From a bacterium (GTDB lineage Bacteria > UBA8248 > JACPRG01 > G963555815): a DNA stretch of 64,000 nt. The stretch covers positions 1,472,001 to 1,536,000 of the forward strand of contig OZ244653.1 in the NCBI GenBank assembly GCA_965218795.1, read 5' to 3'. Shown here piece after piece: positions 38,363 to 48,471 of this stretch (positions within the stretch are counted from its first letter, which is position 1; the number at the start of each line of letters is the position of its first letter). The notes under the pieces are model-generated. The model was given only the letters and a program-made list of their open reading frames with translations, made no database searches and was not told the origin of the DNA. Both the position numbers and the translations under genes were made by a program.

Positions 38363-38950
38363 CTTTTCTTTATAGTTTGTAACATGCCACAGAAACCGGA
38401 GATTGCCAAGTGGCGAGGAGTGAATTGATTCTGCGAGGGTTCCGTGTTCTGAAAACAGATGCGTTGGGTGGGACAAGTCAAAACTCCGAATGGAGCCCGA
38501 TGGGCGCTTCGTTCCCTCGATGCCAAGGCTGACGTCCGGACCAGCGTTGTCGTTCCCCGCCAGACCCGCTGCGTCCCGCACCGACTACAGGCGGTCCATG
38601 CCGCTCGACCCCGCCCCGAGGGACGGCGCCAGCCTCAGCGACAGGCCCCGGCCGTAACCGAGCAGGCCCCACGCCGACACGCGTTCGCTCAGGTTCACCG
38701 TCAGGTTGGACGTGGCGGGTAGCCGCCCGTCCGTACCAGCAACCGCTGCACCGACTTCGTGGAGCATCCGATGGCTGATGCGATCTCCGCGTGTGTCTGA
38801 CCGGCTCTGATCCGTTCTCTGATCTCGAGGCGATCACTCCTGCTTAGCCTTCCATGCTCCTCCCGTGGCCGCATCACCACCCCCCTGGCAATGAGTTGAT
38901 CATTACCAAGATGTTGCGTCGACCCCTTGAGACCGCCGGGGCAAATCCAG
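38363..38950 (-). repeat. Left arm of a long inverted repeat (588 bp), partner 41953-42668
   Basis: Near-identical reverse complement; lacks 141 bp present in the right arm. Confidence 0.95.
38701..38937 (-). mobile_element. IS30-family left end with truncated transposase HTH
   Basis: GGCGGTCTCAAGGGGTCGACGCAACA IR-like end; MRPREEHGRLSRSDRLEIRERIRAGQTHAEIASAIGCSTKSVQR HTH. Confidence 0.75.
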
Positions 38951-38990
38951 GAGGCGCTTCTGAATTGGTGCGCATCGGCGCCGTTTCCCT

Positions 38991-39392
38991 TCACTCGTTT
39001 CGATCCTGCCTCGCCTGTACCAGGCAGTCATTAAACGATGCAGCCATGTTGCGGAGCAGGTTGAAGTACAACTCGGGTCCGCTCTCGATGGTCGAGCCCA
39101 AGGGATCGATAGTGCCGGCCCGCGCCGGCGTGCCTTCGATGATGGTATTGACGAGGCGCGGTTCGAACTGGGGTTCAGCGAACACACAGGTCACGGCCAG
39201 CTCGCGCACCTTGTCGCGGAGCTCCAAAACACGCCGGGCGCCAGGCGATCGCTCCGGGCTGACCACGGCCGAGCCGGCGGCGGTCAGGCCGAAGCGATCC
39301 TCGAAATACCTGTAGCCGTCATGAAAAACAATGAACGGCTTGCCGCGAACCGAAGCTACATCCGCGGCGATCTGCGTGGTCAGTTCGTCCAA
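38991..39392 (-). pseudogene. znuA: ZnuA zinc-binding protein, 3' third only
   Basis: FIVFHDGYRYFE, CVFAEPQF, DPLG; no signal peptide or N-terminal domain. Confidence 0.88.
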
Positions 39393-39397
39393 CCGGT

Positions 39398-39670
39398 GCC
39401 CGAGCGCTGATACACCGGCCCGATCTGCTGGTCCTCGACGAACCGGTCCAGGGCGTCGATATCGCGGGGGCGGACGTGCTCCATGAACTGATCGACGAGA
39501 TTCGCCATGATCTCGGCTGCGGTGTCCTGTTGATCTCGCATGACCTCAAAACAGCCATGGATACCGGCGACGACATCGTGGTCCTGGTGCCCCACGAGCA
39601 TGACGAGCAGGCCCATGGCGGTGGCTCCGCGCTCGTTACCGGGTATCACGGCGACGAGCCGCCGGACTGA
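39398..39670 (+). pseudogene. znuC: ZnuC ATPase, 3' fragment
   Basis: ARALIHRPDLLVLDEPVQGVD (Walker B), LLISHDL; Walker A absent. Confidence 0.85.
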
Positions 39671-39673
39671 GCC

Positions 39674-40333
39674 ATGCTGGACGACTTTCTCTCTCGCGCG
39701 CTGCTCGCCGGCATCGGACTGGCACTGGTCACCGGACCGGCGGGATGTTTTATCGTCTGGCGGCGGCTCGCCTATTTTGGCGAGACGATTGCGCATTCGG
39801 CTCTGCTCGGCGTTGCGCTCGCCATCCTGGTCGACCTCCACTTGTCGATCGGAATTTTTGCCACCGCCTCCATGGTCGTGCTGACGATGTTTTATCTCGA
39901 ACGGCGAGACACGCTTCCGGCCGACACATTGCTCGGCTTGCTCGCCCATGGCGGGCTCGCCCTCGGCCTCGTCATCCTGTCTTTCTTTCCGAACATGCGG
40001 CTGGATCTGCAGGCGCTGCTCTTCGGAGATATTCTTGCCGTATCACGCATCGATCTGGCTGTGATCTGGGTGGGTGCCGCCGTCGCGCTGGGGGTGTTGT
40101 GGTGGATCTGGCGTCCGCTGCTGGCAGCGACCGTCAGTGCCGATCTGGCCACCGTGGCGAGCCTGCGGCCGGAGCGCGCACGCCTAGTGTTCGGGATCCT
40201 CGTGGCGGCGGGCATTGTCGCGGTTGTGGGGGGATTGCTCGCCTCGGCGAAGTTCGACACGCCGGCTGGTCCCTCGATCGTCGTGACTGCATTGGCGCTG
40301 TTCATGGTCACCCGCATACGCCGTCCGGGGTAG
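39674..40333 (+). pseudogene. znuB: ZnuB permease with in-frame internal deletion
   Basis: GCFIVWRRLAYFGETIAHSALLG, LLFGDIL, DTPAGPSIV; the conserved segment between ILVAA and GIVAVVGG appears missing (219 aa). Confidence 0.75.
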
Positions 40334-40508
40334 GCAGGAAGCGCTCGCTGAATTCCGCTCCATGGCCTTCACCGTTGCCGAATTCGCGAGACTGGTCGTT
40401 GGGCCCAAATGGTAAACCGAAGCAAGATCCCGCAACCACCATCGGAACCCCGGTCTTGTGACAGGCGAGGCTGCCATGGCGGGCGAATGGTACGAAACGG
40501 CGCGATGT

Positions 40509-41429
40509 TCAACAAGGCGCGGCGATGGAATCGTCGGTGCAGCCCTCCAACTCGATTTGCACCGTGACGTGGCTGATATCGAAGCGTTTGGCTAAGCGGG
40601 CTTGAATTTCGGCAGTGGCCGAATCCGGGTTGGCGCCCTCAATGATTCGTGCGTGCAGGGTCAGCAATGAGCGCTCTTGCGACAAGGACCAAGCGTGCAC
40701 ATGATGCACATCCTCGACGACGGCGATGTGCGAAACCAGATCCGGACCGATTTCACGGACCTCCAATTGCCCGGGAACGCCTTCAAGCAGCACATGCGCC
40801 GCATCCTTCACCAGAAACCAGGCGCTGCGCAGCACCAGCAGCCCGACCAGGACCGAGAGTAGCGGGTCGATCGGCATCCAGCCGGTCGTCATGATGATCA
40901 GCGCCGCGCCGACCGCCGCAGCCGAACCGAGCATGTCGCCCAGCACGTGCAAGAGGGCGCCACGGACATTCAGGTTGTTTCGGTCGGCTCCATGGAGCAC
41001 GACGAACGCGGCGACATTGACGACAAGGCCAAGGCCCGCCACCGCCAGCATCGGGCCGGCTTGCACCTCAGTCGGGTTGACGAGCCGGCCGGCTGCCTCG
41101 GCGAAGATCCAGCCCACGATGAATATAAGGCTAATACCGTTGGTAAAGGCGGCGAGAACCGGAAAGCGGTGGTAGCCGTAAGTGCGTGCCTTGTCGGCGG
41201 GGCGGCGGCTCAGCCGGAAGGCGATCCAGGCAAACAGCAGGGCCACCGTATCGACAAGCATGTGGGCGGCATCGGCCAGCAGCGCTAGAGATCCCGAGAT
41301 CACACCGCCGATCACCTCGGCGAACATGAAGCCCCCGGTCAGCAGCAGGGCCCAAAAGATGCCCCGTGCGTTGCTGCCATGCCCGGTCCCGGCATGTCCA
41401 TGGCCGTTCATATTGTGATTGCCGATCAT
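40509..41429 (-). CDS. CDF-family Zn/Co/Cd exporter (CzcD/ZitB-like), intact
   Basis: His-rich N-terminus, SLALLADAAHM, LHVLGDMLGS, HHVHAW, HVTVQIE. Confidence 0.95.
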   Translation of the reverse strand: MIGNHNMNGHGHAGTGHGSNARGIFWALLLTGGFMFAEVIGGVISGSLALLADAAHMLVDTVALLFAWIAFRLSRRPADKARTYGYHRFPVLAAFTNGISLIFIVGWIFAEAAGRLVNPTEVQAGPMLAVAGLGLVVNVAAFVVLHGADRNNLNVRGALLHVLGDMLGSAAAVGAALIIMTTGWMPIDPLLSVLVGLLVLRSAWFLVKDAAHVLLEGVPGQLEVREIGPDLVSHIAVVEDVHHVHAWSLSQERSLLTLHARIIEGANPDSATAEIQARLAKRFDISHVTVQIELEGCTDDSIAAPC

Positions 41430-41965
41430 GGGCAAGCCCTCGCCAACCGACGACCCGCCGCCGGAAAAGGTGGTTGCATCATTTTCGTCCGTATTGCAGC
41501 AAGTGCCGGGACAATCCTAGCGTGGCTTACCCTATCATGCTTCCCGCCGGCGTGGCCATACTCATCAAACGTCGGCGATCCGCTCAGCGGGCTCGCGGAA
41601 CTGCTTGATGGTCCAATCGGCGGCGTAATCTGAGTCACGCCGGCCGGCCATTGTTGATTAGCGGGGTGCGGTGCGATAGCCGCAGTTGCCGCCGCACCAA
41701 TGCGGAACCGGTGCAGTGACGCGAACGCCGAACGGCCACCGTCGGCGACGAGCGAGATGTCCGGCAGGCCCGGCTACGGAAACCGGCGAACATCGGCGGA
41801 GTGGATGAGAATCCCGATGTCGCCCATCCCGGCACAACTGAATCGTTACCAATAAATCGCCCATCCGGGCCATCACGGGTTGTCGGAACAGATACGGACG
41901 GATTCCACGGCCTGTCGGAACGATGACGTTTCACCCGGCGCAGGGCTGCGCACTGGATTTGCCCC

Positions 41966-42189
41966 GGCGGTCTCAAGGGGTCGACGCACCATCTTGGTAA
42001 TGATCAACTCATTGCCAGGGGGTGGTGATGCGGCCACGGGAGGAGCATGGAAGGCTAAGCAGGAGTGATCTCCTCGAGATCAGAGCCGGTCAGACACACG
42101 CGGAGATCGCATCAGCCATCGGATGCTCCACGAAGTCGGTGCAGCGGTTGCTGGTACGGACGGGCGGCTACCCGCCACGTCCAACCTGA
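41966..42189 (+). mobile_element. IS30-family left end and transposase fragment (second copy)
   Basis: Same as the left copy, with a substitution in the IR and a 12-bp deletion in the HTH. Confidence 0.72.
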
Positions 42190-42530
42190 CGGTGAACCTG
42201 AGCGAACGCGTGTCGGCGTGGGGCCTGCTCGGTTACGGCCGGGGCCTGTCGCTGAGGCTGGCGCCGTCCCTCGGGGCGGGGTCGAGCGGCATGGACCGCC
42301 TGTAGTCGGTGCGGGACGCAGCGGGTCTGGCGGGGAACGACAACGCTGGTCCGTCCGGCCGCCTGGACGCGGAGGTCGGCTACGGCCTGGGCGGTCCGTG
42401 GGACGTCGGGGTGGCGACCCCGTACGGGGGCCTCGCATTGTCCGAGGCGGGCTGGCGGACCAGGCGGACGGACATGCGCTGGCGGCTCGGTCCGGACGTC
42501 AGCCTTGGCATCGAGGGAACGAAGCGCCCA
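42190..42530 (+). pseudogene. Autotransporter-like beta-barrel remnant (also partly present in the left arm)
   Basis: VSAWGLLGYGRG/LSLRLAPSLG...RL*S...GRLDAEVGYG...TPYGGLAL...RWRLGPDVSLGIEG beta-strand pattern with an internal TAG. Confidence 0.65.
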
Positions 42531-42783
42531 TCGGGCTCCATTCGGAGTTTTGGCTTGTCCCACCCAACGCATCTGTTTTCAGAACACGGAACCCTCGCAG
42601 AATCAATTCACTCCTCGCCACTTGGCAATCTCCGGTTTCTGTGGCATGTTACAAACTATAAAGAAAAGGTAATCTTTCCTGCGGTGAATGCCCAAGCCCG
42701 TGCCTGGGGAGAAGTTTCAGGAGTGCAAGGCAGACCTCTCTCTGATTGCGACAAAAGCCCCTTGGCTGGAAAGGCTTCAGAAA

Positions 42784-45084
42784 ATGAGTGAACTCGCCTA
42801 CGTCGGGAAGAACGTCATCCGGTCGGATGCCTACGCCAAGGCCATGGGGGAGGCTCGATACACGGCCGACGTCAACCTCCCCGGCATGCTTCACGGACGC
42901 CTGCTGCGAAGCCCCCTCCCTCACGCCCGCATCCGGGGGATCCGGACCGAGGGCGCCGGGCAGGTCTCCGGCGTGAAGGCCGTCATTACCGGCGCGGACA
43001 CCCCCTACGCCTTCGGCGTCTCCCATTACGACCAGACCCCGCTGGCGATCGACAAGGTGCGTCACATCGGAGATCCGGTCGCGGCAGTCGCTGCGACGAC
43101 TTTTGACGCCGCCGAGGAGGCCCTGGCGCGGATTGAGGTCGATTACGAAGAATTGCCGGCGGTCTTTCACCCGGAACAGGCGATGGAGGCCGGCCAGCCT
43201 CTGATCCACGAGGACAAGGAGCGGAACATCGCCGCCCATATCCAATACAATGCCGGCGATGTGGACGAAGCCGTCCGGCAGGCCGCTCACGTCTTCGAGG
43301 ACGACTTCGAAACCTCCCGGCAGGCCCACCTGTGCATGGAGCCGCACGTTTGCGCGGCCCAGGTGGAACCCTCCGGAAGAATCACCTTTTATTACTCGAC
43401 CCAGGCCCCTTCCTATTCCCGGTCCCAGATGGCCAAGATCCTCAAGGTGCCGGAGAGCCAAATCCGCGTCATCACGCAAAACGTCGGCGGGGGCTTCGGC
43501 AGCAAGGCCACCGGAAAGTTTTGCATCGACTTCTGCGCCATTGAGCTGGCCCGCAAGGCGGGCCGTCCGGTGAAGATCGAGCACACGCGCGAAGAAGAGA
43601 CCGCGTACTCTACCTTTCGGCATCCGTTCATCGTCCACGTCAAGACCGCCCTGGACGACCAAGGCGTGATCACCGCGCGCGATGTCCGGGTGGTCATGGA
43701 TAACGGGGGGTATTGCGACTACGGGCCGGTGGTCTGCAACGTGGCCGGAGCCCTGGGCGGTACGCTCTACCGTTTCCAGAACTACCGCTACGAAGGGTTC
43801 GTCGTGTACACGAACAACCCATTCGGCGGTGCGATGCGGGGGCTGGGCAACCCCCAGATCACCTTCGCCTGCGAGACCCAGTTCAGCATGATTGCCGATC
43901 GGCTGGGAATGGACGAAGTCGATCTCAGGCTCAAGAACGCCGTTCGGGTCGGGGACGAGGCGGCCTCCGGAGCGCGGTTCGCCTCCTGCGGCCTGTCGGA
44001 ATGCATACGGGCCGTCGCGGATTCGATCGGCTGGGAGCAAGGGGGAGTCAAGGAAAAACGGCCGGCCGATTCCAAATATCGCGGCGTCGGGATCGCCTGC
44101 GGCGTCCACTTCGTGGGAGTTCGCCTGTCGCCCGGGATCGACGCCGACTTCGCCGGGGCGGCCGTCACGCTCAATGACGACGGGTCGATCAATCTCTCCA
44201 CGTCGGTCTGCGAAATCGGCAACGGGTCGAGCACGGTGCTGGCGCAGATGGCGGCGGAAGTGCTCGGCGTCCCGCCCGAGAAAATCATGGTCATCGCCGG
44301 GGATACCGACGTCATCCCGATGGGCTGGGGGGCGCGCGCCAGCCGCAATACCGCCATCGGAGGCGAGGCCGTGCGACGCGCGGCGGAGAAGGTCAAGGAA
44401 CAGGTCCTGAAGGTCGCCGCGGGGATGCTCGAGGCCAGAGGGGAGGATCTGGACGTCCGCGACGAGGGGGTTTCGGTGCGGGGCGCGCCCGAGCGCGCGC
44501 TTTCCCTGTCCGATATCGTCAAGGCCAACCGCTACCGCAAGGACGGACAGGCCATGTGGGCGCAGGTGCATTACGATGCCCCGAGCGAGCTGGCGGACAA
44601 GAAAACGGGACGGGGTAATTTTTCCAGCGCCTTCGCCTTCGGGGCCAAGGCGGTGGAGGTGGAAGTGGACCCGGAGACCGGCGAGGTGCGGATCCTGCGG
44701 GTCATCTCGGCTTCGGATATCGGCCGGGTGATCCATCCCCAGGGCGCCCAAGCGCAGATCGAGGGGGGATTCGCCCAATCCCTCGGCTTCACGCTGATGG
44801 AAGAGATCGTCTGCCAGGAAGGCCAGGTCACCAATCCCAACCTCATCGAGTACAAGGTGCCCACGACCCTGGATTTCACCCCGGTGGAAGGGATTTTCAT
44901 CGAGGAGGGCGACCCCCAGGGGCCCTGGGGAGCGAAGGGAATCGGCGAGATGGTGACCGTGGACGGAGGTCCGGCCATCGTGGCCGCGATACACGATGCC
45001 GTCGGGGTGTGGGCCACCGCTCTGCCCGTGACGCCGGACCGGCTGTGGCGCGGACTGAGCGAAACGGACAACCCTGACGGCTGA
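42784..45084 (+). CDS. Xanthine dehydrogenase-family molybdopterin-binding large subunit (CoxL/HcrA-like)
   Basis: LRSPLPHARI, GGGFGSK, AMRGLGNPQ, QIEGG, GAKGIGE. Confidence 0.93.
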   Translation: MSELAYVGKNVIRSDAYAKAMGEARYTADVNLPGMLHGRLLRSPLPHARIRGIRTEGAGQVSGVKAVITGADTPYAFGVSHYDQTPLAIDKVRHIGDPVAAVAATTFDAAEEALARIEVDYEELPAVFHPEQAMEAGQPLIHEDKERNIAAHIQYNAGDVDEAVRQAAHVFEDDFETSRQAHLCMEPHVCAAQVEPSGRITFYYSTQAPSYSRSQMAKILKVPESQIRVITQNVGGGFGSKATGKFCIDFCAIELARKAGRPVKIEHTREEETAYSTFRHPFIVHVKTALDDQGVITARDVRVVMDNGGYCDYGPVVCNVAGALGGTLYRFQNYRYEGFVVYTNNPFGGAMRGLGNPQITFACETQFSMIADRLGMDEVDLRLKNAVRVGDEAASGARFASCGLSECIRAVADSIGWEQGGVKEKRPADSKYRGVGIACGVHFVGVRLSPGIDADFAGAAVTLNDDGSINLSTSVCEIGNGSSTVLAQMAAEVLGVPPEKIMVIAGDTDVIPMGWGARASRNTAIGGEAVRRAAEKVKEQVLKVAAGMLEARGEDLDVRDEGVSVRGAPERALSLSDIVKANRYRKDGQAMWAQVHYDAPSELADKKTGRGNFSSAFAFGAKAVEVEVDPETGEVRILRVISASDIGRVIHPQGAQAQIEGGFAQSLGFTLMEEIVCQEGQVTNPNLIEYKVPTTLDFTPVEGIFIEEGDPQGPWGAKGIGEMVTVDGGPAIVAAIHDAVGVWATALPVTPDRLWRGLSETDNPDG

Positions 45085-45291
45085 TGGATCATTCAAAATA
45101 AACATGTTGGGGGAATCAAAAACACTCACGAGTTGTTGCCGATCCCTCGGGCGGTTTGCTAGGATGAGGAGTGAAATCATCCTGATACTCGGAAATGGGC
45201 AAAATGCTCTTCGTTCGCGGGGAATCCGATCGGCGAATTCCAATCCTGCGGTGAAATGTCGGAAGTTTCCATTCAGAGGAGATTGGAGAAG

Positions 45292-46560
45292 ATGAAAAAA
45301 CCTTTGTTGAAACGAATCTTTTGCGCTGGGATGCTCCTTGCGTTTGCGATGGTGTTCGCCGGTCCGCAAGTGCCCGGCGCGCTGGCGCAGAAGCCCATCA
45401 AGATTGGATTCGGTATGGCTCTGACGGGCGGGCTCGCGGCCAACGGAAAGGCGGCGGTTCTGGCCATGCAGATCTGGGCTGAGGATGTGAACAAGAAAGG
45501 CGGGATTCTCGGCCGCAAGGTCGAGCTCGTCTTCTACGACGACCAGACGAAACCCGCCACCGTACCGGGCATTTATACGAAGCTCCTCGACATCGACAAG
45601 GTGGACTTCGTGGTCTCAGGATACGGCACGAACCTCATCGCGCCGGCCATGCCCATCGTCATGGAGCGCGGGCTGGTGTTCATGGGCTTGTTCGGTCTCG
45701 CGGTCAACGAGAAATTCAACTACAACAACTACTTCCAGATCATGCCGGCGGGTCCGGATCCCCGGAGGGACTGGTCGAGGGGATTCTTCGAGATCGCCAT
45801 GGGTCAGAACCCCAAGCCGAAGACCATCGCGCTGATCGGGGCGGACGCCGAATTCGCCCGGAACGCGGTCTCCGGCGCCCGGGACAACGCCAAAAAACTC
45901 GGGCTCAAGATCGTCTACGACAATACCTACCCGCCCGGCACGCCGGACTTTACGCCGGTGGCCCGGGCCATCAAGGCGGCGAATCCCGACATCGTCTACG
46001 TGGGATCTTATCCTCCAGGGTCGGTCGGTTTCACCCGCGCGGCGTATGAGGTCGGGCTCAAGCCGAAGATGCTCGGCGGCGGGATGGTCGGCCTGCAGTA
46101 CGCTGTCTTCCTCTCGAAGCTCGGCTCGAAGTTGAACGGGATCATCAATTACGACTTCTGGGTGCCCGAGGCGACGCTGAATTTCCCGGGGATCGAGGGA
46201 TTTCTGAAGAAGTACCAGGCGAAGGCCAAGAAGATCGGCGTGGATCCCCTGGGGCACTATCTGCCGCCCTGGGCCTATGCCTATCTGGAGGTTCTGGGCC
46301 AGGCCATCGCGGGTGCGAAGAGCACGGACCAGAAGAAGGTGGGCGCATACATCCGAAGCCACACCTTCAATACGATTGTCGGCAAGGTCAAATTCGGCTC
46401 GAACGGCGAGTGGGCCAAAACCCGGACCCTCCAGGTTCAGTTCCAGGGCATCGAGGGTTCCGGCGTCGGCCAATTCAGTAAGCCCGGCAAACGGGTGGTT
46501 CTCTACCCGAAAGAGTGGAAATCCGGCCAGGTGATGTACCCCTACTCCAAGGTCAAGTAA
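45292..46560 (+). CDS. Liv-type (HAAT) ABC substrate-binding protein
   Basis: Signal peptide, IKIGFGMALTG, GGILGRKVELVFYDD. Confidence 0.92.
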   Translation: MKKPLLKRIFCAGMLLAFAMVFAGPQVPGALAQKPIKIGFGMALTGGLAANGKAAVLAMQIWAEDVNKKGGILGRKVELVFYDDQTKPATVPGIYTKLLDIDKVDFVVSGYGTNLIAPAMPIVMERGLVFMGLFGLAVNEKFNYNNYFQIMPAGPDPRRDWSRGFFEIAMGQNPKPKTIALIGADAEFARNAVSGARDNAKKLGLKIVYDNTYPPGTPDFTPVARAIKAANPDIVYVGSYPPGSVGFTRAAYEVGLKPKMLGGGMVGLQYAVFLSKLGSKLNGIINYDFWVPEATLNFPGIEGFLKKYQAKAKKIGVDPLGHYLPPWAYAYLEVLGQAIAGAKSTDQKKVGAYIRSHTFNTIVGKVKFGSNGEWAKTRTLQVQFQGIEGSGVGQFSKPGKRVVLYPKEWKSGQVMYPYSKVK

Positions 46561-46583
46561 GAGAGAGTCAGCGCGGAAAAGCA

Positions 46584-46622
46584 GGGGCACGCCCCCCCTC
46601 CACCAGGGGGGGCCGTGCCCTT
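46584..46622. other. Strong intergenic hairpin after the SBP gene (mRNA stabiliser or partial terminator)
   Basis: GGGCACG-CCCCCCT...AGGGGGG-CCGTGCCC. Confidence 0.55.
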
Positions 46623-46645
46623 GTTTGCACTGAGGGGATGCTTGT

Positions 46646-47527
46646 TTGTTCAGCTTTGAACTGCTGTTGAACTCCATCGTGGCGGGATTGCTGGTAGGCG
46701 GGTTTTACGCGGCCGTGACCCTGGGGCTGTCCCTGGTCTTCGGTCTGCTGGATGTGGTGAACATCGCCCATCCCGTATTCGTCATCATGGGCTCCTACGT
46801 GACCTTCATGATGTTTGAGCGCTTCGGGGTGGACCCCATCCTATCGGGCTTGCTCTTCATGCCGGTTTTTTATCTTCTCGGGGTTGCCGTTTACCGGATT
46901 TACTACAACAGCTTCGAAAAGAAGGGGGCCGAATCCCTGCGGGGTTTGGTCTTTTTCTTCGGCGTTCTGTTTATCATCGAGGTTGCGCTGATCATCCTCT
47001 ACGGGGTGGATTACCGTCTGCTCGAGCCCTCCTATATCGGAGAGTCGATCCAGATCGGAGGTCTGGGAGTCGCCACCCGGCTGCTCGTGCCCTTCGCGGG
47101 CGGCTGCCTCCTGACGCTGGCGCTCTACCTGTTTCTCTCCAAGACCTTCTATGGAAAGGCCATCATGGGGGTGTCCCAGGACGGCCTCGCCCTCCGCCTC
47201 ATGGGGGCCGACCCAGTCAAGATTAAATCAATCGCCTTCGGAATCGGCATCGCTACGGCGAGCCTCGCGGGCGCCCTGCTGATCATCCTCGCCACGGTGG
47301 AGCCCTCCATCAACCGGGAGTATATCGGGCGGGTGTTCGCCATTGTCGTCCTGGGCGGCATGGGCAGCATCAGCGGAACGCTTGTGGCCTCTCTGATCCT
47401 GGGTCTTGCGGAAAGCCTGACGTCGACCTTCTACGGCCCATCCTGGGCTCTGGCGGTCTCCTTCGGGATACTCTTGATCGTCCTGGCCGTCCGGCCGTCC
47501 GGCCTGTTCGGGAGAAGCAGCACTTGA
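46646..47527 (+). CDS. LivH-like ABC permease
   Basis: GLSLVFGLLDVVNIAH, IVVLGGMGSISG. Confidence 0.92.
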   Translation: MFSFELLLNSIVAGLLVGGFYAAVTLGLSLVFGLLDVVNIAHPVFVIMGSYVTFMMFERFGVDPILSGLLFMPVFYLLGVAVYRIYYNSFEKKGAESLRGLVFFFGVLFIIEVALIILYGVDYRLLEPSYIGESIQIGGLGVATRLLVPFAGGCLLTLALYLFLSKTFYGKAIMGVSQDGLALRLMGADPVKIKSIAFGIGIATASLAGALLIILATVEPSINREYIGRVFAIVVLGGMGSISGTLVASLILGLAESLTSTFYGPSWALAVSFGILLIVLAVRPSGLFGRSST

Positions 47528-48471
47528 AAAACAAAATTCTCCTCCTGCTCGGACTGGCGGTCATCGCCGCCGCTTTCATCCTGACCGGCCTCATCCAGAA
47601 CCAATATATTTATTTTTCAACCTACGTGATCCTTCAGTACATCGTCCTGGCGACCGCCTGGAACATCCTTGGAGGCTACACGGGTTATGTGAACTTCGGA
47701 ACCGCCGGATTTTTCGCCGTCGGCGCCTATACCACCGTCGCTCTGCTCAAAGCCTTCAACGCTCATTTTCTCGTGATCCTCGTCTGCGGTGGCATCTTTT
47801 CCGGGCTTCTGGGCCTCGGGATCGGCTATCTCACCCTCCGGCTTCGAGGCGTCTTCTTTGCCATCGCCACGCTGGCGCTCGCCGTCGTCCTGAAGACCTT
47901 CGTGGACAATTGGGAGTTCGTCGGCGGCGCCCGTGGGACCTACGTGATCCGGCCGAGGGAGATTCCCCTGTTTTCGAATTATGTGGAATTCCTGTTCGTC
48001 ATGATGATGGTGCTCGCCGTCCTGTCGGTAACCATTGCCTGGTTCATTGAAAAATCCTGGGTTGGGCGGGGTCTCGCCGCTATCCGGGACAACGAAGAGG
48101 CGGCCGAGTGCATGGGCGTGCCGGTGCTGAAGCTCAAGCTGTTCGCAACGACTGTCAGCGGCTTCTTGATGGGTGTCGCGGGAGCCCCCTTCCCCTACTA
48201 CATCACCTATTTGGAGCCGTCCTCCGCGTTCAGCCTGGATTATGCCGTCAACAGCCTGGCCATGCCGCTGATCGGGGGGACAACCACTTGGATTGGTCCC
48301 GTGATCGGTGCGGTCCTGCTGGGTACGGCCCAGCAGCTCCTCACGGTCACGATTTCTTCTGAATGGGCCCTCTTCTTCGTGGGGGTCGTGCTGGTGGGTT
48401 TCGTCATCCTCGCACCCGAAGGAATCGTCGGTCTGATCAGAAAAATCGCCGGCAAGAAGGGAGCTTCATGA
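47524..48471 (+). CDS. LivM-like ABC permease
   Basis: WNILGGYTGYVNFG, RLRGVFFAIATL, AIRDNEEAAECMG. Confidence 0.92.
   Translation: MKNKILLLLGLAVIAAAFILTGLIQNQYIYFSTYVILQYIVLATAWNILGGYTGYVNFGTAGFFAVGAYTTVALLKAFNAHFLVILVCGGIFSGLLGLGIGYLTLRLRGVFFAIATLALAVVLKTFVDNWEFVGGARGTYVIRPREIPLFSNYVEFLFVMMMVLAVLSVTIAWFIEKSWVGRGLAAIRDNEEAAECMGVPVLKLKLFATTVSGFLMGVAGAPFPYYITYLEPSSAFSLDYAVNSLAMPLIGGTTTWIGPVIGAVLLGTAQQLLTVTISSEWALFFVGVVLVGFVILAPEGIVGLIRKIAGKKGAS

Larger units (their letters stand above)
41953..42668 (+). repeat. Right arm of the long inverted repeat (716 bp)
   Basis: Reverse complement of 38363-38950; lacks 12 bp present in the left arm. Confidence 0.95.

Noticed and set aside
41436-41952. 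Several short ORFs between the CDF gene and the right repeat arm
   Set aside because: No recognisable motif or RBS; probably decayed sequence.
38363-42668. Canonical active composite transposon
   Set aside because: No intact transposase, the IS ends face the cargo, and no target-site duplication was identified at the outer edges.
42784-45084. Aerobic CO dehydrogenase call
   Set aside because: Lacks the AYxCSFR motif and the coxM/coxS and accessory genes.
42649-45369. 906-aa minus-strand ORF, and similar long antisense ORFs such as 57527-58780, 29746-30957 and 13176-14327
   Set aside because: Shadows of real genes in high-GC DNA; Arg/Gly/His-rich with no motifs.
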